A DNA stretch of 64,000 bases from an uncultured Actinomycetota bacterium (GCA_963732355.1 CAVSZD010000010.1:50505-114504); one strand, 5' to 3'; numbered from the stretch's first letter, positions 17,259 to 27,671 are shown. Translations and numbers: made by a program. The notes: a model not told the origin generated them from the letters alone.

Positions 17259-19198
17259 CGAGCCGAATTTTGGCTGCAACGTACTCTGAAGTGGTGCAAT
17301 CGATCTATCCGCAGTTGGAGCGCATCCTGTCATCGGTGCGCAAACCGATCCAGTATGTCGGTGGGGAACTGAACGCCACGACCAAGCCGTGGGAGTCGGT
17401 GTCCGTGCGGTGGGCCCTGATGTACCCCGACGCCTACGAGATCGGCCTGCCCAACCAGGGCCTGCAGATCCTCTACGAAGTGCTCAACGAACGCGACGAC
17501 GTGCTGGCCGAACGCACCTATTCGGTGTGGCCGGACATGGAGTCGTTGATGCGTGAGCACTCGATTCCGCAGTTCACGGTCGAGAGTCACCGGCCGGTGG
17601 GGGCCTTCGACCTGCTGGGGGTCTCGTTTGCGACCGAACTCGGGTACACGAACCTGCTCACCGCTTTGGACCTGGCGGGGATCCCGCTGCACGCCAAGGA
17701 CCGCGGGGACGAACACCCCCTGGTGATCGCGGGGGGCCATGCGGCCTTCAACCCCGAGCCGATCGCCGACTTCATCGACGCGGCGGTCGTCGGGGACGGG
17801 GAGAACGCGGTCCTGCGTCTGTCCGACATCGTGCGCGACGTGAAGCAGGCCGGTGGGGACCGAGCCGCGCTGTTGCGTTCCATCGCGCAGTCCGGGGTCG
17901 CCTACGTGCCGTCGATGTACGAGGTGAGTTACCTGCCCGACGGCCGCATCCAACGGGTAGCCCCATTGGACGCCGGGACGCCCTGGCGGGTCGCGAAACA
18001 CACGGTCAGCGACCTCGACGAATGGCCTTATCCCAAGCAGCCTCTGGTCCCGTTGGCCGAGACAGTGCACGAACGAGCCTCGGTGGAGATCTTCCGGGGA
18101 TGCACGCGCGGCTGTCGTTTCTGCCAGGCGGGGATGATCACCCGTCCGGTGCGGGAACGGTCCAAGACCACGGTTGCCGACATGGTGCAGGCCTCGCTGG
18201 AAGCCACCGGGTTCGAGGAGGTGGGCCTGCTGAGTCTGTCGAGCGCGGATCATTCCGAGATCGCGGACCTGGCCAAGGGCTTGGCCGACCGCTACGAAGG
18301 GACAAACACCGGACTGTCCCTGCCATCGACCCGGGTGGACGCTTTCAACATCGATCTGGCCAACGAACTGGCCCGCAACGGCCGGCGCTCGGGACTCACG
18401 TTCGCCCCCGAGGGAGGCAGCGAACGGATCCGCAAGGTGATCAACAAGATGGTGACCGAGGAGGACCTGATCCGCACGGTGGCCGCGGCATACGCGGCGG
18501 GCTGGCGGCAGGTGAAGCTCTACTTCATGTGCGGTCTGCCGACCGAGACCGATGAGGACGTTGTGCAGATCGCCCGGATGGCCAAGGAGGTCATCCGCAC
18601 CGGCCGTGAGGTCTCCGGGCGCAGGGACATCCGCTGCACGGTGTCGATCGGCGGCTTTGTGCCCAAGCCGCACACGCCGTTCCAGTGGGCCGCTCAGCTC
18701 GGGTGGGAAGCCACCGACGCCCGTCTGGCGCTGCTGCGCGACGCCATCAGGTCCGATCGGGACCTCGGCAAGGCGATCGGCTTCCGATACCACGATGGCC
18801 GTCCCGGGATCGTCGAAGGCCTGTTGGCCCGCGGGGATCGCAGGGTCGGTGCGGTGATCGAAGAAGTGTGGCGTGATGGGGGTCGCTTCGACGGCTGGAG
18901 CGAGTACTTCAGTTTCGATCGCTGGATGGATGCAGCTGATCGGGTCGGGGTCGACGTGAACTGGTACACCACCCGTGAGCGGGAGCTGGCCGAGGTGCTG
19001 CCCTGGGATCACCTCGACTCGGGTCTGGACAAGGAATGGCTCTGGCAGGACTGGCGTGACGCGGTCGATGAGGTCGAGGTGGAGGACTGCCGCTGGTCGC
19101 CGTGTTTCGACTGCGGTGTGTGTGACCAGATGGGCACGCAGATCCAGGTCGGTCCGACCGACGGCGTGATTCTGCCGATCGTTCGGGTCAGTTCCTGA
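17255..19198 (+). CDS. B12-binding-domain radical SAM protein (TIGR03960-like, function unknown)
   Basis: The N-terminal KPIQYVGGELN..RWALMYPDAYEIGLPNQGLQILY block and the radical-SAM cluster motif CTRGCRFCQAG are present. The TTG 17255 start overlaps the rodA stop, and the start is uncertain. Confidence 0.75.
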   Translation: MTSRILAATYSEVVQSIYPQLERILSSVRKPIQYVGGELNATTKPWESVSVRWALMYPDAYEIGLPNQGLQILYEVLNERDDVLAERTYSVWPDMESLMREHSIPQFTVESHRPVGAFDLLGVSFATELGYTNLLTALDLAGIPLHAKDRGDEHPLVIAGGHAAFNPEPIADFIDAAVVGDGENAVLRLSDIVRDVKQAGGDRAALLRSIAQSGVAYVPSMYEVSYLPDGRIQRVAPLDAGTPWRVAKHTVSDLDEWPYPKQPLVPLAETVHERASVEIFRGCTRGCRFCQAGMITRPVRERSKTTVADMVQASLEATGFEEVGLLSLSSADHSEIADLAKGLADRYEGTNTGLSLPSTRVDAFNIDLANELARNGRRSGLTFAPEGGSERIRKVINKMVTEEDLIRTVAAAYAAGWRQVKLYFMCGLPTETDEDVVQIARMAKEVIRTGREVSGRRDIRCTVSIGGFVPKPHTPFQWAAQLGWEATDARLALLRDAIRSDRDLGKAIGFRYHDGRPGIVEGLLARGDRRVGAVIEEVWRDGGRFDGWSEYFSFDRWMDAADRVGVDVNWYTTRERELAEVLPWDHLDSGLDKEWLWQDWRDAVDEVEVEDCRWSPCFDCGVCDQMGTQIQVGPTDGVILPIVRVSS

Positions 19199-19881
19199 TG
19201 GCCCGGCGCACACCGGACCGGGAGTACGTACCACCGGTCCAGACCCTGCAGGTGCGTTACGCCAAGCGCGGTCGGATGCGTTTCAGCTCTCACCGGGATT
19301 TCCAGAGGGCCTGGGAGCGGGCTTTACGCCGGGTCGGGGTCCCGATGGCCTACTCGGCCGGTTTCTCCCCGCACCCGAAGGTCAGTTACGCCGGCGCGGC
19401 TCCCACCGGGGCTGCCAGCGAGGCCGAGTTCCTTGAGATCTCAGTACTTGAGCGGGTCGATCCGCAGGAAGTGGCGCAGGCCCTGGACGCCGCACTGCCC
19501 GAGGGCCTCGACGTCGTGGGCATGGTGGAAGCCACCTCGCCACTGGCCGAGTCGCTGAAGGCGAGCCGTTGGCGTCTCGAGTGGCCATTGGACATCACGC
19601 GGGCTGCGGCCGCCTTCGAAGCGGCGACCGGTGTCGAGGTTGAGCGCATCACTAAAGCCGGGCGTCGCACGATCGACGTTCGGGCCTTGTGCTCGGACAT
19701 AGAAGTGGTGCAGGCAGACGTGGTGGAGGTGACGGTGCAACATGCCGAGCCCACACCACGGCCCAGCGAGGTGGTGCTGGCGATGCGATACGCGTACCCC
19801 GATCTGCCCGATGTACCGGTCCTGGCGACCAGACTCGTGCAGGGCGTACCCAGCCTCAGTGGCGTGGTTGCGCCCTTCTGA
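19198..19881 (+). CDS. radical-SAM-linked protein (TIGR03936 / DUF2344-like)
   Basis: ..RMRFSSHRDFQRAWERALRRVGVPMAYSAGFSPHPKVSYAGAAP.. is characteristic of the partner protein that always accompanies, or is fused to, the preceding rSAM. The start shares a nt with the upstream stop (TGATG). Confidence 0.7.
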   Translation: MARRTPDREYVPPVQTLQVRYAKRGRMRFSSHRDFQRAWERALRRVGVPMAYSAGFSPHPKVSYAGAAPTGAASEAEFLEISVLERVDPQEVAQALDAALPEGLDVVGMVEATSPLAESLKASRWRLEWPLDITRAAAAFEAATGVEVERITKAGRRTIDVRALCSDIEVVQADVVEVTVQHAEPTPRPSEVVLAMRYAYPDLPDVPVLATRLVQGVPSLSGVVAPF

Positions 19882-20118
19882 TTGTCGGCTCGTAGACGTT
19901 GACGGGGTGTAATCAGCCATTCACGCAGCGCGTTGTGAGATACTTCAACAAGTCGGGAACCAATCGGAGCCCGACCGGTGAATGGATCGGCTGCCCAGGC
20001 GCATCGCGTCTTCTGATGTGCGGCATGACCTCACCGCCGAATGGAAGCTTTGTGTTCGGTCGAGGCCGAACACCAACGAGTGGGTCCTGCACACTCGCGT
20101 ACGGCCACAGTGTCGTCG

Positions 20119-22353
20119 ATGAAGCGCACGAGGGACCCGGATCGGGAGTACCCGATGGACGAAGTCCAGGATGACGGTCGGATCGAAGGTCAGACTTCTG
20201 CCGACAAGCCGGTGAAGCGGGCACGTCGGCGCGCAGCGGGAAGGCCGGCTGGGCCCCCAGAGGTGCACCCAGAAGGCGGCGCCGAAGTGGCTGACCCCAC
20301 GCCTGTCGACACTGAACCTGAACCTGAACCTGAACCTGAACTTGAACCTCAGGAGCCGCAAACACAGCAATCCCAGCAGGCGATCGCCGCGCCGCCCCCA
20401 GAACGGCCTGCGCTGCCAGTGGTGCCCGACGTGAGCCCCACCGACCCGTTCCTCGTGGGATCCATTGGTTCGCCCCCACAGTCGGCACCTGAGCCCGAGG
20501 AGGAACTCGAGCTCGAACTCGACGAGCCGGAGCCGATCACCGCAACCGCCTTCTTCCTCGCCCCCGAGATCGACCTCGAGGAGGTGGAGACCGAACCGGC
20601 GCCGCCGCGCAACCGGCAGCGCAACCGGCCCAAGTCCCGCCCGGCCAAGTCCGAGAAGGCCACCGATGGGCAACCGTCGGACTCCGAGGACGAGTCCGTC
20701 GAGAGCGAACACGACGGCGCTTCGGACAACTCCGATTCCGACAGTGAGTCCAGCAGCAGCAAGCGCCGTCGGCGTCGTCGGCGCCGGGCCACCTCAGGCG
20801 ATGGCTCGGATGACGACGAGTCGAGCAAGGACGAGGTGACCTCGGTCAAGGGGTCCACCCGGTTGGAGGCGAAGCGTCAACGTCGCCGGGAGGGCCGCGA
20901 TGCCGGTCGCCGGCGCTCGCCGATCGTGAGCGAAGCCGAGTTCCTCGCGCGCAGGGAGAGCGTCGATCGTGTGATGGTCGTGCGTGGGTTTGAGGACCGG
21001 ACCCAGATCGCCGTGCTTGAGGACAAGATCCTCGTGGAGCACTACGTCACCCGCGAGCGCAATGCGTCGATGATCGGCAATGTGTACCTGGGCAAGGTGC
21101 AGAACGTGCTGCCGTCCATGGAAGCGGCTTTCATTGACATCGGCCGCGGACGCAACGCGGTTCTGTACGCGGGTGAAGTCAACTGGGAGGGTGCTGGCCT
21201 GGAGGGTCAGCCCAAGCGCATCGAACTCGCGCTTGCACCCGGGGACAGCGTGCTTGTGCAGGTGACAAAGGATCCCGTCGGCCACAAGGGCGCGCGGCTC
21301 ACCAGTCAGATCTCCCTGCCGGGCCGGTACCTCGTCTACGTTCCCAACGGCCGGATGACCGGCATCAGCCGCAAGCTGCCGGACAAGGAGCGCACCCGCC
21401 TGAAGAAGGCACTGCGTGCGGCTCTTCCGGAAGACGCAGGTGTCATCGTTCGGACGGCGGCTGAAGGTGCCACCGAGGAGCAGTTGGCCTCGGATGTCAA
21501 CCGGTTGGCAGCTCAGTGGGAGTCGATCAGCGCCAAGACCGAGACGGCGAAATCACCGTCCCTGCTCTACTCCGAGCCCGACCTGGCCATCCGGGTGGTG
21601 CGAGACATCTTCAATGAGGACTTCGCCCAGTTGATCGTGTCGGGATCGGCCGCGCAGGACACGATCGAGGAGTACGTCGGCTGGGTCGCCCCGGAACTCG
21701 CAGATCGTGTGCAGCGCTGGTCGAAGAACGAGGACGTCTTCGCGTCCTTCAGGATCGACGAACAGATCACAAAGGCCCTGGACCGCAAGGTTCTGCTGCC
21801 CAGTGGCGGTTCCTTGGTCATCGATCGCACTGAAGCCATGACCGTGGTCGATGTGAACACCGGACGCTTCGTCGGGCAGGGCGGGAACCTCGAGGAGACG
21901 GTCACCCGCAACAACCTGGAGGCGGCCGAGGAGATCGTGCGGCAATTGCGACTGCGCGACATCGGCGGGATCATCGTCGTCGACTTCATCGACATGGTGC
22001 TGGAGTCGAATCGCGACCTCGTCGTGCGCCGGCTCGTGGAGTGCCTGGGCAGGGACCGCACGAAGCATCAGGTGGCTGAGATCACCTCCCTTGGCCTGGT
22101 GCAGATGACCCGCAAACGGCTCGGCCAGGGGCTGCTGGAGACGTTCAGCGAGCCGTGTGAGCACTGCAACGGTCGCGGGGTGCGCGTCCAGAGCGACCCC
22201 GTCGGCAGTCGGCGGCGGCGTCCACAGGGACCGATCCCGGGAGCGCCTGCCAAGCAGCCGGAGGCTGAGCAGGCTGAGCAAGTCGAGCCGGAGCCTCAGC
22301 CGGAAGCTGAGCAGGCCGAACCGCAACCAGAGGCTGAGCAGGCCCCGGTCTGA
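20119..22353 (+). CDS. rne: ribonuclease E
   Basis: S1 domain GNVYLGKVQNVLPSMEAAFIDIGRGRNAVLY. Catalytic core SLVIDRTEAMTVVDVNTGRF, GGIIVVDFIDM and ITSLGLVQMTRKR, plus the Zn-link CEHCNGRG. There is a roughly 300-aa low-complexity N-terminal region. The start is uncertain (ATG 20119 or 20155; ORF opens at 20041). Confidence 0.85.
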   Translation: MKRTRDPDREYPMDEVQDDGRIEGQTSADKPVKRARRRAAGRPAGPPEVHPEGGAEVADPTPVDTEPEPEPEPELEPQEPQTQQSQQAIAAPPPERPALPVVPDVSPTDPFLVGSIGSPPQSAPEPEEELELELDEPEPITATAFFLAPEIDLEEVETEPAPPRNRQRNRPKSRPAKSEKATDGQPSDSEDESVESEHDGASDNSDSDSESSSSKRRRRRRRRATSGDGSDDDESSKDEVTSVKGSTRLEAKRQRRREGRDAGRRRSPIVSEAEFLARRESVDRVMVVRGFEDRTQIAVLEDKILVEHYVTRERNASMIGNVYLGKVQNVLPSMEAAFIDIGRGRNAVLYAGEVNWEGAGLEGQPKRIELALAPGDSVLVQVTKDPVGHKGARLTSQISLPGRYLVYVPNGRMTGISRKLPDKERTRLKKALRAALPEDAGVIVRTAAEGATEEQLASDVNRLAAQWESISAKTETAKSPSLLYSEPDLAIRVVRDIFNEDFAQLIVSGSAAQDTIEEYVGWVAPELADRVQRWSKNEDVFASFRIDEQITKALDRKVLLPSGGSLVIDRTEAMTVVDVNTGRFVGQGGNLEETVTRNNLEAAEEIVRQLRLRDIGGIIVVDFIDMVLESNRDLVVRRLVECLGRDRTKHQVAEITSLGLVQMTRKRLGQGLLETFSEPCEHCNGRGVRVQSDPVGSRRRRPQGPIPGAPAKQPEAEQAEQVEPEPQPEAEQAEPQPEAEQAPV

Positions 22354-22514
22354 CGACATCGCCGGCGGGCACCGTTGCGCTGGCGGTGTCCGCGGGGGTG
22401 CGTTGCTGGATCGGGGCGCTATCGCGTACTCTTGAACAAGTGCGCGTTTCCTCGCGCCAATGCCCCGTGTCTGAACCGCCGAGGGCAGCCAATGAACGTT
22501 GAAGGAGCAAGGGC

Positions 22515-22832
22515 GTGTACGCGATCGTGCGGACCAGTGGTCACCAGGAGAAGGTGGCTGTTGGCGATGAGGTCCTGTTGAACCGAGTGCCCGGCGAGCC
22601 TGGTGCGGCCATGGAGCTCGGCCCGGTGCTGCTCGTGGTGGATGGTGAGACCGTGACCTCCGATCCCAGCACCCTGTCCGGCGCAAAGGTCATGGCTGAG
22701 GTGGTTGAGCACCGCCGCGGACCGAAGATCGACATTCTTAAGTACAAGAACAAGACCGGCTATCGCCGTCGCCAGGGCCACCGCCAGGAGCAGACGGTGG
22801 TCAAGGTCACCGGTATCGAGTTGGGAGCCTGA
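22515..22832 (+). CDS. rplU: 50S ribosomal protein L21
   Basis: [20 protein letters not shown].. with a GAAGGAG Shine-Dalgarno 7 nt upstream of GTG 22515. Confidence 0.95.
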   Translation: MYAIVRTSGHQEKVAVGDEVLLNRVPGEPGAAMELGPVLLVVDGETVTSDPSTLSGAKVMAEVVEHRRGPKIDILKYKNKTGYRRRQGHRQEQTVVKVTGIELGA

Positions 22833-22836
22833 CCTC

Positions 22837-23085
22837 ATGGCACACAAGAAAGGTGCGGCGAGCACCAGGAACGGCCGCGACTCCAACGCCCAGCGACTGG
22901 GTGTGAAGCGCTTTGGCGGCCAGAGCGTCAACGCCGGCGAGATCATCGTTCGTCAGCGCGGCACGCACTTCCACCCCGGCGCCAACGTTGGCATCGGCAA
23001 GGATGACACCCTTTTCGCCCTGACAGCAGGGACCGTGGACTTCGGCACCAAGCGCGGTCGCCGGGTCGTCAACATCCTCGTCTGA
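22837..23085 (+). CDS. rpmA: 50S ribosomal protein L27
   Basis: [29 protein letters not shown].., 82 aa. The upstream part of ORF 22705.. overlaps rplU. Confidence 0.95.
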   Translation: MAHKKGAASTRNGRDSNAQRLGVKRFGGQSVNAGEIIVRQRGTHFHPGANVGIGKDDTLFALTAGTVDFGTKRGRRVVNILV

Positions 23086-23101
23086 AAGGCGGTCACCGGC
23101 G

Positions 23102-24463
23102 GTGACCTCTTTCATCGATCGCGTGGTGGTCCACGCACAGGGCGGGGACGGCGGCAATGGTTGTGCCTCCATGCACCGCGAGAAGTTCAAACCGCTAGGC
23201 GGGCCCGACGGCGGCAATGGCGGCCGCGGCGCTGACGTGGTCCTCGTTGTCGATCCCGGCGTGAACACACTGCTCGATCTGCAACACCACCCGCATCGTC
23301 GCGCCGGCCATGGTCAGCCCGGTCAAGGCAGCCACCGCAATGGTGCCGGTGCACAGGACCTGATCGTGCCCGTCCCGCCCGGCACCGTTGTGCAAGACCT
23401 CGACGGCTCGACGCTGGCCGACCTTCTGGTACCCGGCCAGACCTACGTCCTGGCCGCTGGCGGTCACGGGGGCCTCGGGAATGCAGCTCTTGCCACCCGT
23501 CGGCGCAAGGCGCCCGGCTTCGCGCTACTCGGTGAGCCCGGGGAGCACTTGGACGCGGTGCTGGAACTCAAGACGGTCGCCGACATCGGGCTCATCGGCT
23601 ACCCGAGTGCCGGCAAGTCGAGTCTGGTCTCGGCGCTGTCGGCAGCCAAGCCCAAGATCGCCGACTACCCTTTCACGACACTGGCCCCACACCTGGGGGT
23701 CGTGTCCGCCGGCGCGACGACCTTCACCGTCGCCGACGTCCCCGGACTCATCCCGGGGGCCAGCGAGGGTAAGGGCCTCGGACACGAGTTCCTGCGACAT
23801 GTTCAGCGGTGCAGCGCACTCGTGCACGTCATCGACTGCGCCACGTTCGAGACCGAGCGCAATCCGTTGGCCGATCTGGACGTCATCGAAGCCGAGCTCG
23901 TGTCCTACGACCCGCAACTGGCGCAGCGCCCGCGACTGATTGCGCTGAACAAGGTCGATGTGCCCGACGGTCGCGAGATGGCAGAGATGGTTGCCGATCA
24001 GCTGCGCGAACGGGGTTACGAGACCTACTTGATCTCGGCCGTCTCCCGCGAGGGGCTCAAGGAACTCACCTACGCCATGCTGCGCATCGTGCTCGCCGAG
24101 CGGGCGGCACGCCCCGCGCCCGAAACCAGAGTCGTCCTTCGCCCGGCGGCCACCGATGACGTGGGGTTCGAGGTCCGCAAGCAGGGCGAGATCTTCCGGG
24201 TCATCGGGAATCGCCCGCAGCGATGGGTACGACAGACCGACTTCGGCAACGAGGAGGCAGTGCGCTACCTCGCCGATCGGCTGGCCAAACTCGGCGTTGA
24301 AGAACGTCTGGCCGAGTTGGGTGCGGTTGAAGGCTCGACCGTGGTCATCGGCCCCGAGGACAACGCCGTGGTGTTCGACTGGGTGCCCTCCATCGAGCAG
24401 GATGCCGCACCAGAGACCGCCGACGCTGAAGCCGAAACTGACGAAGCGGCGGGACAGAGTTGA
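23102..24463 (+). CDS. obgE: GTPase Obg/CgtA
   Basis: Obg fold with Gly-rich repeats ([18 protein letters not shown]), G1 [10 protein letters not shown]3 DVPGLI and G4 NKVD. Confidence 0.9.
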   Translation: MTSFIDRVVVHAQGGDGGNGCASMHREKFKPLGGPDGGNGGRGADVVLVVDPGVNTLLDLQHHPHRRAGHGQPGQGSHRNGAGAQDLIVPVPPGTVVQDLDGSTLADLLVPGQTYVLAAGGHGGLGNAALATRRRKAPGFALLGEPGEHLDAVLELKTVADIGLIGYPSAGKSSLVSALSAAKPKIADYPFTTLAPHLGVVSAGATTFTVADVPGLIPGASEGKGLGHEFLRHVQRCSALVHVIDCATFETERNPLADLDVIEAELVSYDPQLAQRPRLIALNKVDVPDGREMAEMVADQLRERGYETYLISAVSREGLKELTYAMLRIVLAERAARPAPETRVVLRPAATDDVGFEVRKQGEIFRVIGNRPQRWVRQTDFGNEEAVRYLADRLAKLGVEERLAELGAVEGSTVVIGPEDNAVVFDWVPSIEQDAAPETADAEAETDEAAGQS

Positions 24464-25575
24464 TGGACGCCCGGTCCCGCATCGCCAACGCCTCGCGGCT
24501 GGTCGTCAAGATCGGGTCGTCATCATTGACCAACGAGCACGGCGGGCTGCACGCCGAACACCTCGATGAGCTCGTGGGGGCGCTGGTCCGCAACGTGCGC
24601 GCCGGGGTTCAGTTGGTGCTGGTCTCCTCGGGATCGATCGCAGCCGGTACCCCGGCGCTGGGTCTGAAGAAGCCGCCGCGCGATCTCGCGACTCAGCAGG
24701 CTGCGGCCAGTGTCGGACAGGGAATCCTGCTGGCGCACTACACAGCCCAGTTCGGCCGGGCCGGGGTTCAAGTGGGACAGGTGTTGCTGACAGCGGAGGA
24801 TCTGATCCGCCGCACCCAGTACCGCAACGCCCAGCGGACTTTGACCCGGCTCCTGGACCTCGGGGTGCTGCCGATCGTCAACGAGAACGACACCGTGGCC
24901 ACCGACGAGATCCGGTTCGGCGACAACGACCGGCTCGCGGCGCTGGTGGCTCATGTGGTGCAGGCCGACGGACTGGTCCTGCTCACGGACATCGACGGCC
25001 TGTATGACCGTCCGCCGGACCAGGAAGGTGCCGCGCCGATCCCCACCGTGACCGGCGCTGCCGACCTGCAGGGCGTGGGCCTCGGGGGCCGCGGTTCGCA
25101 GCTGGGCCGCGGTGGCATGGTCACCAAGGTGCAGGCGGCGCTTATGGCCAGCGAGGCAGGAATCCCGGTTGTCCTCACCCATGCCGACCAGGTCTCCAAG
25201 GCCCTGGCCGGCGAGCAGGCGGGGACCGTCTTCGCGCCTTCGGGCAAACGTCGTTCGCCCCGGCAGATGTGGCTGGCGCACGCCACCACCGCCCGAGGTG
25301 CTGTGCAGATCGACGACGGTGCAGTGAGGGCACTACGCAAGCGGCAGGCGTCGCTACTGGCCGCCGGCGTGGTCGGCGTGTCCGGCGACTTCATGGCCGG
25401 TGAACCGGTCGACATCGTCGCGCCCGACGGCGCCGCTGTTGCCAGGGGACTGGTGGCCTACGACGCCGTGGAGTTCGACCGCTTGGTGGGCCGCACCACC
25501 GCACAACTGATCGCCGAGTTCGGTCCGGAGTACGAACGAGAGGTCGTCCATCGAGACGACCTGGTGCTTCTGTGA
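24463..25575 (+). CDS. proB: glutamate 5-kinase
   Basis: ATG 24463 overlaps the obg stop. The amino-acid kinase N-terminus [10 protein letters not shown] and a PUA-like C-terminus are present, and proA follows. Confidence 0.9.
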   Translation: MDARSRIANASRLVVKIGSSSLTNEHGGLHAEHLDELVGALVRNVRAGVQLVLVSSGSIAAGTPALGLKKPPRDLATQQAAASVGQGILLAHYTAQFGRAGVQVGQVLLTAEDLIRRTQYRNAQRTLTRLLDLGVLPIVNENDTVATDEIRFGDNDRLAALVAHVVQADGLVLLTDIDGLYDRPPDQEGAAPIPTVTGAADLQGVGLGGRGSQLGRGGMVTKVQAALMASEAGIPVVLTHADQVSKALAGEQAGTVFAPSGKRRSPRQMWLAHATTARGAVQIDDGAVRALRKRQASLLAAGVVGVSGDFMAGEPVDIVAPDGAAVARGLVAYDAVEFDRLVGRTTAQLIAEFGPEYEREVVHRDDLVLL

Positions 25576-25615
25576 CCGATTCGGCTCAAGGGTCTTTGCA
25601 CGGCACAATGGGTTC

Positions 25616-26890
25616 ATGACCTACGCGAGCGCAGAAGAAGTACGGGCCGTCGGGCTTCGGGCCAAGGACGCCTCAGCGACACTTCGGACCTTGAGCCGGG
25701 ACCAGAAAGATGCCGGGCTCAACGCGATCGCCGATGCCCTCGATTCCTACGCTCCGGGGATCATCGAGGCCAACGAGCAGGATGTCCACGCCGCCCAGAA
25801 GGCGGGTACGGATCCAGGGATTGTCGACCGGCTCACTCTCACTCCGGAACGACTGAGCGCCATCGCCGACTCTGTGCGCGCGGTAGCCGGGCTGCCCGAC
25901 CCCATCGGTGACGTGGTTCGCGGCTACACCCTTGCCAACGGCCTGCGGGTCCAGCAGGTGCGGGTTCCGCTCGGGGTGGTCGGGATGATCTACGAAGCCC
26001 GTCCGAATGTGACCGTCGACGCCGCCGTGCTGTGCCTGAAGAGCGGCAACGCCGCGTTGCTGCGTGGCTCAGCAAGTGCCGCCCACAGCAACGCCATCCT
26101 GGTCGACACCATGCGCCGCGCACTGGCCGGAACCGATGTCCCGGCGGATGCGATCTGTCAGGTTCCGGGTCTGACACATGACTCCGTGCAGCACCTGACC
26201 CAGGCTCGCGGAATCGTTGACGTCGTCATCCCGCGAGGTGGGGCGGGCCTGATCCGAAGCGTTGTGGAGAAGAGCCTTGTGCCCGTGATCGAGACGGGCG
26301 TCGGAAACTGCCACATCTACCTTCACGACGACGCACCCACGGACACCGCGGTGCAGATAGTGGTCAACTCCAAGACCCAACGCGTCAGCGTGTGCAACTC
26401 GGTTGAGACTCTGCTCGTCCACCGTGATGCGGCCGACCGGCTGCTGCCGCCGGTCTTCGCTGCTCTCAAAGAGGGCGGGGTCACGGTGCATGGTGACGAG
26501 GTGAGCGCGAAATACGCCGAGCAGACCGGAATCGGGTTCAGGGCAGTCACCGATCTGGACTGGGCGGAGGAGTACTTGAGCCTCGACATCGCCGTCGGAG
26601 TCGTCGACGGTCTCGAAGCGGCCATCGACCACATCGATCGTTGGAGCAGCGGTCATACTGAGGCCATCATCACCGACTCGGTCGCGGCGTCGCAGCGGTT
26701 CATCGAAGCCCTCGATTCGGCCGCACTCATGGTGAATGCGTCGACCCGGTTCACCGATGGTGAGCAACTCGGATTCGGTGCCGAGATCGGCATCTCCACC
26801 CAGAAACTGCACGCACGCGGTCCGATGGGCCTGGCTGAACTCACCTCCACGAAGTTCATCGTGGTCGGTGACGGGCACGTGCGTGGTTGA
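25616..26890 (+). CDS. proA: glutamate-5-semialdehyde dehydrogenase
   Basis: A 424-aa aldehyde-dehydrogenase-type protein with the catalytic Cys context [11 protein letters not shown], adjacent to proB. Confidence 0.9.
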   Translation: MTYASAEEVRAVGLRAKDASATLRTLSRDQKDAGLNAIADALDSYAPGIIEANEQDVHAAQKAGTDPGIVDRLTLTPERLSAIADSVRAVAGLPDPIGDVVRGYTLANGLRVQQVRVPLGVVGMIYEARPNVTVDAAVLCLKSGNAALLRGSASAAHSNAILVDTMRRALAGTDVPADAICQVPGLTHDSVQHLTQARGIVDVVIPRGGAGLIRSVVEKSLVPVIETGVGNCHIYLHDDAPTDTAVQIVVNSKTQRVSVCNSVETLLVHRDAADRLLPPVFAALKEGGVTVHGDEVSAKYAEQTGIGFRAVTDLDWAEEYLSLDIAVGVVDGLEAAIDHIDRWSSGHTEAIITDSVAASQRFIEALDSAALMVNASTRFTDGEQLGFGAEIGISTQKLHARGPMGLAELTSTKFIVVGDGHVRG

Positions 26891-26919
26891 TCCCGTAAAG
26901 ACTCGGTAGAGTTCTGCTC

Positions 26920-27081
26920 ATGGTTTCCAGCGCAATTCTTTTCCTCAATGAAGTGGCCAGTGAGGGCGCCGAAGCGGCCGGGGAACCGGCCAACACGTCG
27001 CCCTATGCCTATGGCGCAGTCGCGCTGGTGGTCCTGCTCCTGCTGCTGTTCCTCGTCACCCGTATCAACATCGACCGCTGA
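26920..27081 (+). CDS. possible 53-aa membrane-anchored small protein (below the ORF-track size cut-off)
   Basis: My own translation is MVSSAILFLNEVASEGAEAAGEPANTSPYAYGAVALVVLLLLLFLVTRINIDR*. It has a C-terminal TM helix, GC-rich third positions, and exactly fills the proA-nadD gap. There is no clear Shine-Dalgarno. Confidence 0.3.
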   Translation: MVSSAILFLNEVASEGAEAAGEPANTSPYAYGAVALVVLLLLLFLVTRINIDR

Positions 27082-27083
27082 CG

Positions 27084-27671
27084 ATGGGTGCGTCACGTCG
27101 CAGGGTCGGCGTGATGGGAGGGACCTTCGACCCCATCCACATCGGGCATCTGGTGGCTGCCACGGAGGTCGGCTACCGGTTGGATCTCGATGAGGTGCTC
27201 CTGGTGCCGGCTGGCGCGCCGTGGCAGAAGTCTGGTCGTGAGATCACCGGCGCCGAACACCGGTTCGCCATGGCAGTGCTCGCTGCCGACCGCACACCTC
27301 TGAAGGTGAGCCGGGTTGATATCGACCGGGAAGGCCCGACTTTCACAGCCGACACTCTGCGCGATCTGCATGCTGCGCTTGACCCGGTCGATCTGTTCTT
27401 CATCACTGGTGCCGATGCATTGGCCGGGATAGCGACCTGGCGGGACCCCGAAGTGCTGCTGGAACTGGCGCATATGGTGGGAGTGAGCCGTCCGGGTCAC
27501 GATTTTGGGGAGTTGTCGTTGCCGATGTCGCAGCACACGATCCTGGCGATCCCTGCCCTTGAGGTGTCCTCGACCTCATGTCGTGAACGGCTGGCTGCCG
27601 GTGAACCCGTTGATCATCTGGTCCCGGCCGCGGTCGTGGAGTACATCGCGAAACACAAGTTGTACACCTGA
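27084..27671 (+). CDS. nadD: nicotinate-nucleotide adenylyltransferase
   Basis: GVMGGTFDPIHIGH nucleotidyltransferase motif, 195 aa. Confidence 0.9.
   Translation: MGASRRRVGVMGGTFDPIHIGHLVAATEVGYRLDLDEVLLVPAGAPWQKSGREITGAEHRFAMAVLAADRTPLKVSRVDIDREGPTFTADTLRDLHAALDPVDLFFITGADALAGIATWRDPEVLLELAHMVGVSRPGHDFGELSLPMSQHTILAIPALEVSSTSCRERLAAGEPVDHLVPAAVVEYIAKHKLYT

Noticed and set aside
19899-20174. A 91-aa ORF in the rne leader.
   Set aside because: It has a TTG start and a Cys/Gly/Ser/Arg-rich sequence with no motif. It overlaps the start of rne in another frame, so it is more likely untranslated leader.
20311-20345. A (GAACCT)n hexanucleotide array, considered as a possible CRISPR-like or non-coding satellite.
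   Set aside because: It is far too short and has no spacers. It is in frame within rne, where it encodes EPEPEPEPELEP. It is treated as a coding microsatellite only.
20349-20858. A 169-aa minus-strand ORF with a poly-serine run (SSSSSSSSSSS).
   Set aside because: It is the antisense reading of the acidic and basic low-complexity region of rne (GAG/GAC repeats read as CTC/GTC and so on). There is no independent support for it.
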